This document shows positions 34,987-43,975 of a stretch of 53,365 bases of DNA, piece after piece. Source of the DNA: a virus (lineage: Duplodnaviria; Caudoviricetes); the IMG/VR virus record IMGVR_UViG_3300020183_005383, positions 1 to 53,365 of that record; one strand, given 5' to 3'. Both the position numbers and the translations under genes were made by a program. The notes under the pieces were generated by a model. It was not told the origin of the DNA and searched no databases. It worked only from the letters and a program-made list of their open reading frames with translations. Every line of letters begins with the position of its first letter. Within the stretch, counting starts at the first letter, position 1.

Positions 34987-36027
34987 ATGCCATTTCCAAA
35001 ACAAGTCAAACCAACATTACCTTTAGTACCACAAAAAACTTTATCTGCTCGAAGGGAGCAACTTTTGGAGTACATAAAAAAAGATGGAACTTACTTACCT
35101 AAATCGGTTCTTCATGCAGATTTAGATAAAGGTATGTTGGATTTTGTTAAAGAAGAATTACAGGTTGTCACCGCAGGTAAAATTGTTCCGATGGTCGATA
35201 TAATTTTGACAACACAAAATTGGAGTCAATATGTTGAAACTGCACAATTTGTTAATCGGGATTTTAATGCGGAGCCACCATTTATAACGGTTGTAAGACA
35301 ACCCGAGGTGAAGTATGGTACAAACCCTGCAGTAATTTATAACATACCAAATAGGAAACAGTTTTACTATGCTACGGTTCCGACTTGGAATGGTAATGTG
35401 CAGGGTATGGATATATACACTATTCCTCAACCAGTACCTGTTGATATCACATATAATGTCAAAATAGTTTGTAATAGGATGAGAGAGTTGAATCAGTTCA
35501 ACAAAGTTGTGATGCAAAAATTTGCTTCTAAGCAAGCATATACTTTTATCAAGGGCCAATACGTTCCAATAATTTCAACAAATATCTCTGAGGAGAATCA
35601 AATAAATATTGACTCACGAAAATACTATATTCAGAATTATGATTTTCTGATGATGGGATATTTGATAGATGAAGAAGAGTTTGAGGTCAAACCCGCTATT
35701 GCAAGAACAAGTTTGGTTTTTGAGATGGACACTTCGACAAGGATGAGAAAAGCTGAAAAGTGGCCGAAGAATCCTGATGAATTTTTATCTAACTTTTTGT
35801 ATGTCGTTGGCAATAATATTTTGGAGGAGTATATTGATTTTACTGCTAACATGAATTGGGTTAATTCGACAAACGTTCAATCTTATGATGTATTCATCAA
35901 CGGTGATTATTTTGGTACGAATGTTAATAGAATTGAAATTACCACAAACGATTTGTTGAGGATTGTGGTTGTAAAAAATGATAATACTCAAGAAGCTTCG
36001 ATACAGTTTGATAACACTTTAGTTTAA
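34987..36027 (+). CDS. Tail completion / sheath terminator-like protein (T4 gp15-like)
   Basis: DLD...DFV, PFITVVR, P.PVDITY.V.I; immediately upstream of the sheath gene. Confidence 0.6.
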   Translation: MPFPKQVKPTLPLVPQKTLSARREQLLEYIKKDGTYLPKSVLHADLDKGMLDFVKEELQVVTAGKIVPMVDIILTTQNWSQYVETAQFVNRDFNAEPPFITVVRQPEVKYGTNPAVIYNIPNRKQFYYATVPTWNGNVQGMDIYTIPQPVPVDITYNVKIVCNRMRELNQFNKVVMQKFASKQAYTFIKGQYVPIISTNISEENQINIDSRKYYIQNYDFLMMGYLIDEEEFEVKPAIARTSLVFEMDTSTRMRKAEKWPKNPDEFLSNFLYVVGNNILEEYIDFTANMNWVNSTNVQSYDVFINGDYFGTNVNRIEITTNDLLRIVVVKNDNTQEASIQFDNTLV

Positions 36028-36185
36028 TCTTCCCCGTACAAATCCTTCTTTTCTTTACACTTCTCAAGTATAATTTGTTCCAAGAACTTATATATTTTTA
36101 GACCTCTTTTGTCACAATACTTTTTTAAGGTTTCGTGTACTGCAGGGTCAATTTTTATATTCTTTATCTCCTTCTTTATTTTCAT
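36024..36185 (-). CDS. Small ribbon-helix-helix-like DNA-binding protein (53 aa)
   Basis: Below the track cutoff. MKIKKEIKNIKIDPAVHETLKKYCDKRGLKIYKFLEQIILEKC... shows a strand-helix-G-helix pattern. Confidence 0.65.
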   Translation of the reverse strand: MKIKKEIKNIKIDPAVHETLKKYCDKRGLKIYKFLEQIILEKCKEKKDLYGED

Positions 36186-36304
36186 AGTAGAAAAAAGGTA
36201 GAATTAATTCTCACCGTTTACAAATAGATATCCAAAAGTCAAGTTTTTTCATCTTGATATGAATATTTATCAATAAAATAAATCTGCACTAGAATAATTT
36301 TATA

Positions 36305-39300
36305 ATGGCAACAGCACAAGTTAATCAAAAAGTTTTTGTATCACCTGGTGTTTATACTTCTGAGACGGACTTATCGTTCGTGGCACAGAGTGTCGGTGTT
36401 ACAACCTTAGGTTTGGTTGGTGAGACAATTAAAGGTCCAGCCTTCGAACCAATTTTTATAACAAATTATGATGAGTTTCAGGCTTTTTTCGGTGGTTCTG
36501 AACCAACTAAATTTGTGAATACACAAATCCCAAAATATGAGGCGGCTTACATTGCTAAATCTTATTTACAACAATCAAACCAATTATTTGTTACGAGGGT
36601 GCTTGGTTTGTCAGGTTATGATGCGGGTCCTTCGTGGAGTTTAACCGTAAATGCAAATGTAGACCCGACAACTATTGGTTTGTCTACAGGTGTTGGAACG
36701 GCTTTCACAGTCAACTTTGAAGGCAACTCAACAGGAAATACATTCAGTTTCACAACTGGTTCATTACCTCCAGCTGTTAGTGCAGAGCTATTCCAACAAT
36801 ATAGAATGGCTGATGGTAGTACGTCTACTATTTTTGCTGATATATCATCACAAATTGGTACAATTTTAGATACACCATCTTTATCCTCAACCACTTCCGT
36901 TTTTTACGGTGCGATTCTTGAGTCAGATTATTGGGATGTTGTTGACCAATTTTCAGCGGTTACAAATCAATATGGTAGTGACTCTGTAAATTTGGGTCAA
37001 AACGATTTGACAGCGGCAAGTAATGACGCTTGGTATTACGCTAATTTCGGTAATTATTCTGCAGACAATTATTCAGGATATTCATGGTATTATACTGTAT
37101 CAAGTTTATCAGGTAATAGTAGTTCAGCTTTTACTGGCACTATCACAGGTATGTCTTATAATTTCTCAGGAACTGCTTTCGGAGAATATAATGGAATGGT
37201 AGTTGCTACACTACGTTCTAGAGGTATTTCATTATTCGCGAATGATGCAAGTAGTGTTAATCACGGGCCTGTTTATGAGGTGACTGGTTTAACTGATGTT
37301 GAGCTTGTTTGTTCAAATCAGTATTCAGGAATTACAAATGACCCATTTAATGTTGCTGGTTTCTTGATTTCAGGTATCACAAAAGATAATGATACTTTCT
37401 CATTCGAAACTTCATTAGCGGCTTCTTCATCGAAGTATATAACTAAAGTTTTGGGTGTTGATAATTTTGGTAAATCGAGAAATGAGGTTCCTTTGTTTGT
37501 GGAAGAAATATATCCAAGTAGTTTGGCATACGCATATAATCAAGGTTATATCCGTGGTCTAAATTGTAATTTGATTGCACTAGAGGGTGCTAGAAGTGAG
37601 GACCCTTCATCTATCGCTTATAAGGTTACTCAATACAAATCACCAGAAACTCCTTTCTTTGTTTCTGAGTTAAGAGGTAATAAAGTTTATAATTTATTCA
37701 AGTTAATTTCTATATCTGATGGTGATTCAGCTAACACTGAAATCAAAGTTTCAATCACGAATATTTCTTTCAACAATATGTCTTTTGATATACTTGTTAG
37801 AAATTTCTTTGATACAGATGCTAATCCAATTGTGATTGAGAAGTTTACTAACTGTAACTTAGACCCTGAGGATAATAATTTCATAGGTGTTAAAATCGGT
37901 ACTTCAAATGGTGAGTATGCATTACTATCAAAATATATCATGGTTGAAATGGCAGATGAAGCTCCTATTGACGCATTACCTTGTGGATTCTATGGTTATA
38001 GACAAAGAGAATACGGTGATGTGACAGTCAATCCTTCTCCCTATATAAAATATAAAACTAAGTATGATTTTCCTGGTGAGGTTATTTTGAACCCTCCTTT
38101 TGGTACAAGTACTGGTGGAAGTAATACTGTAGAGTCTCCTGGCGATATCGTTAGAAGAACTTACCTTGGTTTCTCTACTCAGATTGGTATTGATGAGTCT
38201 TTCTTGTCTTACAAAGGGACTCAAAATCCTATCGATTGGGTGAACTCAGCATTACCTGTTGAGGGTGCTAGATGGAATATACTTTCTAAAGGTTTCCACA
38301 TGGACTCAGGTGCTACGGTTGTTACAATTGCTAACAGCTTCTTAACAAGTGGTGAAACCGCTTTTGAGTGTGGTACCGCTGATTTCAGAAGCGACCCAGA
38401 AACACAAGAGAATCCATATTACTTCATCTTTTCGAGAAAGTTTACTACCTGTTTTGCAGGTGGATTCGATGGCTGGGACATATACAGAGAGTTCAGAACA
38501 AATCAAGATAGATTCCAACTTGGTTCAAACGGTTATTTGGCGGGTGCTTCACCTTCTCCAAGATATCCAACAGCAACAGGACAAGGTTTATTCAAGAGAA
38601 TTATTGTTCAAAATAATACACAAGATTTCGCAAACACTGACTACTACGCTTATTTGCTTGGTATCCTAACATTTGCAAATCCTGAGTCAACCAACATCAA
38701 TGTGTTTGCAACTTCATCAATTGATTATGTAAACAACTCCAACTTAGTTGAAGCAGCAATTGACATGGTTCAATTCTCAAGAGCTGACTCTGTATATATT
38801 GCAACAACTCCTGACTACTTCATGTATACACCTGATGGAACAAACTCTTTGGATATAATTTATCCTCAAGAAGCTGTTGATAATTTGGACAATACAGGAA
38901 TTGATTCTAACTATACCGCAACATACTATCCTTGGATTTTAACAAGAGATACGGTTAATAATACACAAATATATTTACCACCAACTGGTGAGGTTGTAAG
39001 AAATCTTGCACTTACAGATAATATTTCCTTCCCATGGTTCGCTTCGGCGGGTTACACAAGAGGTCTTGTTGATTCAATTAAAGCAAGAGTGAAGTTGACA
39101 CAAGAAGATAGAGATACATTATATCAAGGAAGAATCAATCCAATAGCAACCTTCTCTGATGTAGGAACTGTAATCTTCGGTAATAAAACATTACAAATTG
39201 CAGACTCTGCATTGAACAGATTGAATGTAAGAAGATTGTTATTACAAGCGAGAAAATTAATTTCAGCAGTTGCTGTTAGATTATTGTTCGAGCAGAATGA

Positions 39301-39526
39301 CCAAATTGTAAGACAACAATTTTTGGATAGTGTCAACCCAATTTTAGACGGTATAAGAAGAGATAGGGGTCTTTATGATTTCCGTGTAACAGTTTCTTCT
39401 TCTCCTGAAGATTTGGATAGAAATACACTTTCAGGTAAAGTTTACCTTAAACCTACGAAGGCACTTGAGTTTATAGAAATTGAATTCTTTATAACTCCAA
39501 CGGGAGCATCCTTCGAAAATATCTAA
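36305..39526 (+). CDS. Contractile tail sheath protein with large insertions
   Basis: SPGVYTSETD, GETIKGPAFEP, YYPW, PWFASAGYTRG, LYQGRINPI, FGNKTL, RLNVRRL, P.KALEFI. Confidence 0.96.
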   Translation: MATAQVNQKVFVSPGVYTSETDLSFVAQSVGVTTLGLVGETIKGPAFEPIFITNYDEFQAFFGGSEPTKFVNTQIPKYEAAYIAKSYLQQSNQLFVTRVLGLSGYDAGPSWSLTVNANVDPTTIGLSTGVGTAFTVNFEGNSTGNTFSFTTGSLPPAVSAELFQQYRMADGSTSTIFADISSQIGTILDTPSLSSTTSVFYGAILESDYWDVVDQFSAVTNQYGSDSVNLGQNDLTAASNDAWYYANFGNYSADNYSGYSWYYTVSSLSGNSSSAFTGTITGMSYNFSGTAFGEYNGMVVATLRSRGISLFANDASSVNHGPVYEVTGLTDVELVCSNQYSGITNDPFNVAGFLISGITKDNDTFSFETSLAASSSKYITKVLGVDNFGKSRNEVPLFVEEIYPSSLAYAYNQGYIRGLNCNLIALEGARSEDPSSIAYKVTQYKSPETPFFVSELRGNKVYNLFKLISISDGDSANTEIKVSITNISFNNMSFDILVRNFFDTDANPIVIEKFTNCNLDPEDNNFIGVKIGTSNGEYALLSKYIMVEMADEAPIDALPCGFYGYRQREYGDVTVNPSPYIKYKTKYDFPGEVILNPPFGTSTGGSNTVESPGDIVRRTYLGFSTQIGIDESFLSYKGTQNPIDWVNSALPVEGARWNILSKGFHMDSGATVVTIANSFLTSGETAFECGTADFRSDPETQENPYYFIFSRKFTTCFAGGFDGWDIYREFRTNQDRFQLGSNGYLAGASPSPRYPTATGQGLFKRIIVQNNTQDFANTDYYAYLLGILTFANPESTNINVFATSSIDYVNNSNLVEAAIDMVQFSRADSVYIATTPDYFMYTPDGTNSLDIIYPQEAVDNLDNTGIDSNYTATYYPWILTRDTVNNTQIYLPPTGEVVRNLALTDNISFPWFASAGYTRGLVDSIKARVKLTQEDRDTLYQGRINPIATFSDVGTVIFGNKTLQIADSALNRLNVRRLLLQARKLISAVAVRLLFEQNDQIVRQQFLDSVNPILDGIRRDRGLYDFRVTVSSSPEDLDRNTLSGKVYLKPTKALEFIEIEFFITPTGASFENI

Positions 39527-39532
39527 TATAAG

Positions 39533-39559
39533 AGGGGGGACTTAATCCCCCCTTTTTTT
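39533..39559 (+). terminator. Intrinsic terminator after sheath
   Basis: AGGGGGGA-CTTAA-TCCCCCCT followed by a T run. Confidence 0.88.
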
Positions 39560-39567
39560 AATTCCCT

Positions 39568-40395
39568 ATGAGAACAATTCTTTTAGAGGCTTTTATTGAT
39601 GAGAAAACCCCAGAGTTAAAGTATTATGCTTTTGATTGGGATGACAATATTGTTCATATGCCAACTAAGATTTTAGTTAAAGATGACGAGGGTAAAGAGG
39701 TAGGTATGAGTACTGAGGACTTCGCTGAATACAGACATCAAATAGGAAAAAGAGATTTCGATTACAATGGTCATACAATTGTTGGTTACTCCGATGACCC
39801 ATTCAGGTTTTTTAGACGTTATGGTGATAAACAATTTTTGATTGATGCGATGTCCGCAAAGCCAGGACCAGCTTGGAAAGATTTTATGGAGTCTATAAAT
39901 AATGGCTCAATTTTTGCAATTATAACGGCTCGTGGTCATAATCCTAATATACTCAAAGAAGCGGTTTATAACTATATTATAAACAATTATGAAGGTATAA
40001 ATAAAGAAGAAGTATTAAAGAATCTGAAAAAGTATAGAAGTTTCACAGACGAGGAAAATCTAACTGATGAAGAATTAATAAGGTCTTATTTGGAATTGAA
40101 CAAATATCATCCAGTGTCTTTTGGAAACGAAGATAGTGCTGCAAGTCCTGAACAATTAAAGGTGATAGCGATGGATGATTTTGTTAGTTATATAAAGAGT
40201 ATGGCTGCTATTCTTAATAAAAAGGCATACCTAAAAAAAGATTTAGGAAATAAGTTTATACCTAGCAAGCCAGCTATAGGTTTTTCAGATGACGACCCTA
40301 AAAATGTAGAATTGATGAAAAAACATTTTGAAAATAAATTAGATGATATTAAAACATTTTCTACAGCTGGTGGAACAAAAAAAGAAGTGAAATAA
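39568..40395 (+). CDS. HAD-superfamily phosphatase-like protein
   Basis: Motif I FDWDDN, motif II ITARG, motif III K, motif IV FSDDD..N. Confidence 0.75.
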   Translation: MRTILLEAFIDEKTPELKYYAFDWDDNIVHMPTKILVKDDEGKEVGMSTEDFAEYRHQIGKRDFDYNGHTIVGYSDDPFRFFRRYGDKQFLIDAMSAKPGPAWKDFMESINNGSIFAIITARGHNPNILKEAVYNYIINNYEGINKEEVLKNLKKYRSFTDEENLTDEELIRSYLELNKYHPVSFGNEDSAASPEQLKVIAMDDFVSYIKSMAAILNKKAYLKKDLGNKFIPSKPAIGFSDDDPKNVELMKKHFENKLDDIKTFSTAGGTKKEVK

Positions 40396-40486
40396 CGATA
40401 TCATTTTTAAAAATTAAAGTAAAGAGAAATATTTTCAATAACCCTATATTTATAGGTAATAAACAAAGAAAAAAATCTAATATATT

Positions 40487-40975
40487 ATGGCTGATTTATT
40501 AATGAAAATGCCAATACCTTACGAGCCGAAACGTCAGAATCGATTTATTCTAAGATTTCCATCGAGCTTGGGTATTAATGAGTGGTTTGTAGAGTCAACT
40601 TCAAGACCGCACATCTCCATTACTGCAACTGAAATCCCTTTCTTGAATACATCTACGTATGTTGCAGGAAGATTTACTTGGCAAACTTTGAACGTAACAT
40701 TCAGAGACCCAATTGGACCATCTGCATCACAAGCTCTTATGGAGTGGGTTCGTTTACATGCTGAATCAGTGACAGGTCGTATGGGTTATGCAGCGGGTTA
40801 TAAAAAAGATATTGACCTCGAGATGTTGGACCCAACGGGAGTTGTTGTAGAAAAGTGGATTTTGTACGGAACGTTCTTGACTGATGTTAACTTTAACAAT
40901 TTAGGATACAACCAAGACCAACTTGCAACAATCACAGCGACACTCAGAATGGACAGATGTGTTCTTGTCTATTAA
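40487..40975 (+). CDS. Tail tube protein (T4 gp19-like)
   Basis: EPKR.NRF, AGR.TW....TF.D, YKKD..L..LDP.G.VVE.W...G; 162 aa, near the sheath gene. Confidence 0.92.
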   Translation: MADLLMKMPIPYEPKRQNRFILRFPSSLGINEWFVESTSRPHISITATEIPFLNTSTYVAGRFTWQTLNVTFRDPIGPSASQALMEWVRLHAESVTGRMGYAAGYKKDIDLEMLDPTGVVVEKWILYGTFLTDVNFNNLGYNQDQLATITATLRMDRCVLVY

Positions 40976-41007
40976 TAGTATTTATAAAAAAAAACAATTG
41001 ATTATAT

Positions 41008-41046
41008 TTAACCGTATAGGACTAAACTATACGGTTAATTTTTTTT
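41008..41046 (+). terminator. Perfect 12-bp hairpin plus T8 abutting the chaperone start codon
   Basis: TTAACCGTATAG (41008-41019), 7-nt loop, CTATACGGTTAA (41027-41038), T run to 41046, ATG at 41047. Confidence 0.7.
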
Positions 41047-41790
41047 ATGCAAGACCAATCAAGAGAATACGGACAAAGAGAAATTACACTTCCACACGAC
41101 GTGGTACCCTTACCTTCAGGTGGATTGTTTTATAAGAATAAAAAGAAATCACTCAAAGTAGGATATTTGACCGCTCAAGATGAAAACATATTGATGGCGG
41201 GAGGCAACGACCTTACTATATCACTACTCAGAAATAAAATCTACGAACCAGACTTAAGAATCGAAGATTTACTACAAGGTGATGTAGAAGCCATTTTGGT
41301 ATTTTTGAGAAACACAGGGTTCGGACCTGAAATGTCATTATCCCTCAAAGACCCAAAAAATGGAAATCCCTTCAACACAACCGTTATGTTAGACCAACTT
41401 TCAACAATCGATGGTCAAAAACCAAACGAAGACGGAACATTTACGATACAACTTCCTAAAACAAACTCAACAGTAAAATTGAAACCCCTCACTTATGGTG
41501 AGATATTGGATATTGAAAAACAAGCAGAAACATACCCACAAGGAAGAGTCGCCCCGAAAATTACATGGACGTTGAATAAACAAATTGTTGAGGTCAACGG
41601 AACTACCGACAAAGGGGAAATTGCAAAGTTCATAGAATCTTTACCGATTATGGATTCTAAACATATCAGAAAGTTCTTGAATGAAAATGAACCGAGATTG
41701 GACATGGTCCGAGTTGTAATAGCCCCATCAGGAGAAAAACTAGCTGTCAATGTTGGTTTTGGGGTTGAATTTTTTCGCCCTTTCTTCTGA
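41047..41790 (+). CDS. Tail/baseplate-hub assembly chaperone (T4 gp26-like)
   Basis: LPSGG.FY, LTA.DENIL, L..GD..AIL.FLR...FG, F...LP, FI..LP..DS; lies between tube and tape measure. Confidence 0.8.
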   Translation: MQDQSREYGQREITLPHDVVPLPSGGLFYKNKKKSLKVGYLTAQDENILMAGGNDLTISLLRNKIYEPDLRIEDLLQGDVEAILVFLRNTGFGPEMSLSLKDPKNGNPFNTTVMLDQLSTIDGQKPNEDGTFTIQLPKTNSTVKLKPLTYGEILDIEKQAETYPQGRVAPKITWTLNKQIVEVNGTTDKGEIAKFIESLPIMDSKHIRKFLNENEPRLDMVRVVIAPSGEKLAVNVGFGVEFFRPFF

Positions 41791-41929
41791 GTATAGGAAA
41801 GGACAAATCAACGAATACTATTATCTTACAACACTGATGAATGTCAGTTACACAGATTTTGAAAAAATGCCAATTTTTATTCGAAAGTACATGTTGGATA
41901 AGTGGATTGAAGAACATAAGAAGGACTGA
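41750..41929 (+). CDS. Short overlapping +1-frame ORF; chaperone extension or T4 gp51-like peptide
   Basis: Open in the +1 frame: (MLVLGLN)FFALSSEYRKGQINEYYYLTTLMNVSYTDFEKMPIFIRKYMLDKWIEEHKKD; 59 aa from ATG 41750. Confidence 0.7.
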   Translation: MLVLGLNFFALSSEYRKGQINEYYYLTTLMNVSYTDFEKMPIFIRKYMLDKWIEEHKKD

Positions 41930-41946
41930 GAAAAATCAGTCCTTTT
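41921..41946 (+). terminator. Intrinsic terminator-like hairpin
   Basis: AAGGACTGA-GAAAAA-TCAGTCCTT-TT, directly followed by TATTTATA at 41948. Confidence 0.7.
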
Positions 41947-41971
41947 GTATTTATATATTAAATAACCTTCT

Positions 41972-43936
41972 ATGTTTCAAATGAGTGGTGAAGACCCAAA
42001 TGTAAAATCTCTTAAGAGTATCACAGACGAGCTGACTGATTTAGGCAAAAACTTTGGTGCTAGATTGGGAGACACGATGACAAACCTCATCGTTAAAGGT
42101 TATGAAATCAATAAGATTTTCGGACAGACTGGGGAAAGGTTAGTTGAGATTCAACAAGCGGCCGCAGACGCAATACCATCCATAACAAGACTTGGTGGTA
42201 ATATTGATACCGTCGGTCAAACCATGTCCGAAGTTGCAAAGGAATCCCTCAGAAACACAATTGCGACCACAGACCAAATGGAGAAACTCTATGCTACCTT
42301 TAGGGTAACGGGAGTAGGTGTGGGAACATTGACCAAGAATTTTTTAGAAGCCGGATACGGATTGAACAAGGTTGGGGATGAGATGGAGAGCGTAGTCAAC
42401 TATGTTAGAAGTATCGGGGGAAATGTTGAACAAGTTACAAAATCTGTTGTGAGCAATCTCGACCATGTTAACAGATTTTCATTCGAAAAAGGTGTAGTTG
42501 GTTTTACCAAAATGGCGGCACAAGCTTCCATTTTGAGATTCGATATGCAAAACACTTTGGATTTTGCAGATAGGGTTATGAACCCCGAAGGTGCAATCGC
42601 CATGGCATCCGCATTTCAAAGACTCGGTGTTGCTGCAGGAAGTATAGGAGACCCATTCTCCATGTTGAACCAATCCATAACAGACCCATCAGGTCTTCAA
42701 GATAGTTTGATTAACATTGGTAAACAATTTGTTGAGTTCAACAAAGAAGCAGGTAAGTTCCAAATTAGTAGAGAGGGTGTCTTAAGATTACGAGAAGTAG
42801 AACAAGAGGCTGGATTGATGAGAGGAAGTTTATCTAAAGCAGGGATTGCTGCTGCAGAACTCGATGCAAGATTATCCCAAATAAGTCCTTCAATAAAGTT
42901 CAAAAATGAAGAAGATAAGATGTTGCTTGCTAACATCGGAAGAATGGGTGATGGTGGTCAATACGAGGTGCAGATTGAACCAGGTGGAGAATATGTGAAA
43001 TTTAATCAATTGGGTCAAAAACAAATAGATGAGCTTATAAAAAAACAAGCCGACGCTCCAAAAACTATGGAGGAAATCGCGAGAGCTCAGATGAGATTCG
43101 ACGAAACAATCTCCGCAGATGTAAAAGTAATTAAAAATACACTTCTTTATGGTGCCGCAAGTCAAACAGGTGTTTTAAGGGAAACGCAAAGGGTGGGTAA
43201 TGTTGCTAGAAATATGGGTGGAGAAATCTCTGGTATGGCTAGCACACAGGGCACCAGAAGAATGTTTGAAAAAGCGGGAGATGTTCTCTTACAACTCGGG
43301 AAAGATATTTTACAAGGTAAAGGTATGACAAACGCCGATAAGTATGCCAAGGCTTACGAAGGACTCGGCACGGAAGTAAAAGACTTTTTGAAGGAAGCAT
43401 TCGGAAAGGCGGTAGAAGCGGGGAAAAAAGAACTCAAGGCTGACGAACTTACCTTTATCAAAAAGTTCTTGGAAGAACAAGGATTTAACTACAACGATTC
43501 TTTAAAAACAATCAACGATAAATTAGAGCAAAACAAAACCCAAACCCAAACCCAACCAACAACAATACCCTACCAAATGCAACCAGCCAACACTCCAAAG
43601 CCTTTGGGGATTGATTTCAAACCAGATGAAAAAGTAAGAACAGATTATCAAAAACAGAATGTGCCTGAAAATTTTGTTCGAGGTGATAGAGAGATGGCAC
43701 AAGCCGTGACAAATGTCAACCAAGAGAACGGGAACATGACAATTACACAAAAAGTCTCAATCGACCCATGGACCATAACGGTGAACGCACCGGCAGGAGT
43801 TGACAAACAATATCTAAGTAATGTATTGAACTCTAACGAGTTTAAAGCAGGGTTCACAGAACAAATCATGAAATACATGAAAGTTGATAAAGCGAATCAG
43901 ACCATGCCTCCTTTCGCATATCAAAAAATGGTTTAA
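41972..43936 (+). CDS. Tape measure protein (probable)
   Basis: Ala/Gly/Gln/Met-rich, helical-looking 654-aa protein directly after tube and chaperone. Confidence 0.7.
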   Translation: MFQMSGEDPNVKSLKSITDELTDLGKNFGARLGDTMTNLIVKGYEINKIFGQTGERLVEIQQAAADAIPSITRLGGNIDTVGQTMSEVAKESLRNTIATTDQMEKLYATFRVTGVGVGTLTKNFLEAGYGLNKVGDEMESVVNYVRSIGGNVEQVTKSVVSNLDHVNRFSFEKGVVGFTKMAAQASILRFDMQNTLDFADRVMNPEGAIAMASAFQRLGVAAGSIGDPFSMLNQSITDPSGLQDSLINIGKQFVEFNKEAGKFQISREGVLRLREVEQEAGLMRGSLSKAGIAAAELDARLSQISPSIKFKNEEDKMLLANIGRMGDGGQYEVQIEPGGEYVKFNQLGQKQIDELIKKQADAPKTMEEIARAQMRFDETISADVKVIKNTLLYGAASQTGVLRETQRVGNVARNMGGEISGMASTQGTRRMFEKAGDVLLQLGKDILQGKGMTNADKYAKAYEGLGTEVKDFLKEAFGKAVEAGKKELKADELTFIKKFLEEQGFNYNDSLKTINDKLEQNKTQTQTQPTTIPYQMQPANTPKPLGIDFKPDEKVRTDYQKQNVPENFVRGDREMAQAVTNVNQENGNMTITQKVSIDPWTITVNAPAGVDKQYLSNVLNSNEFKAGFTEQIMKYMKVDKANQTMPPFAYQKMV

Positions 43937-43975
43937 AAAAAACCATAATTACCTATTTATAAGAAATAATATTGA

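Noticed and set aside
41788-41796. TGA read-through or stop-codon reassignment
   Set aside because: Read-through meets TAG two codons later. TAA, TGA and TAG all end full-length genes elsewhere, so there is no sign of recoding.
43534-43556. CAAACC hexamer run in the tape measure gene
   Set aside because: Only about three to four in-frame copies encoding a QT linker; too short to suggest phase variation.
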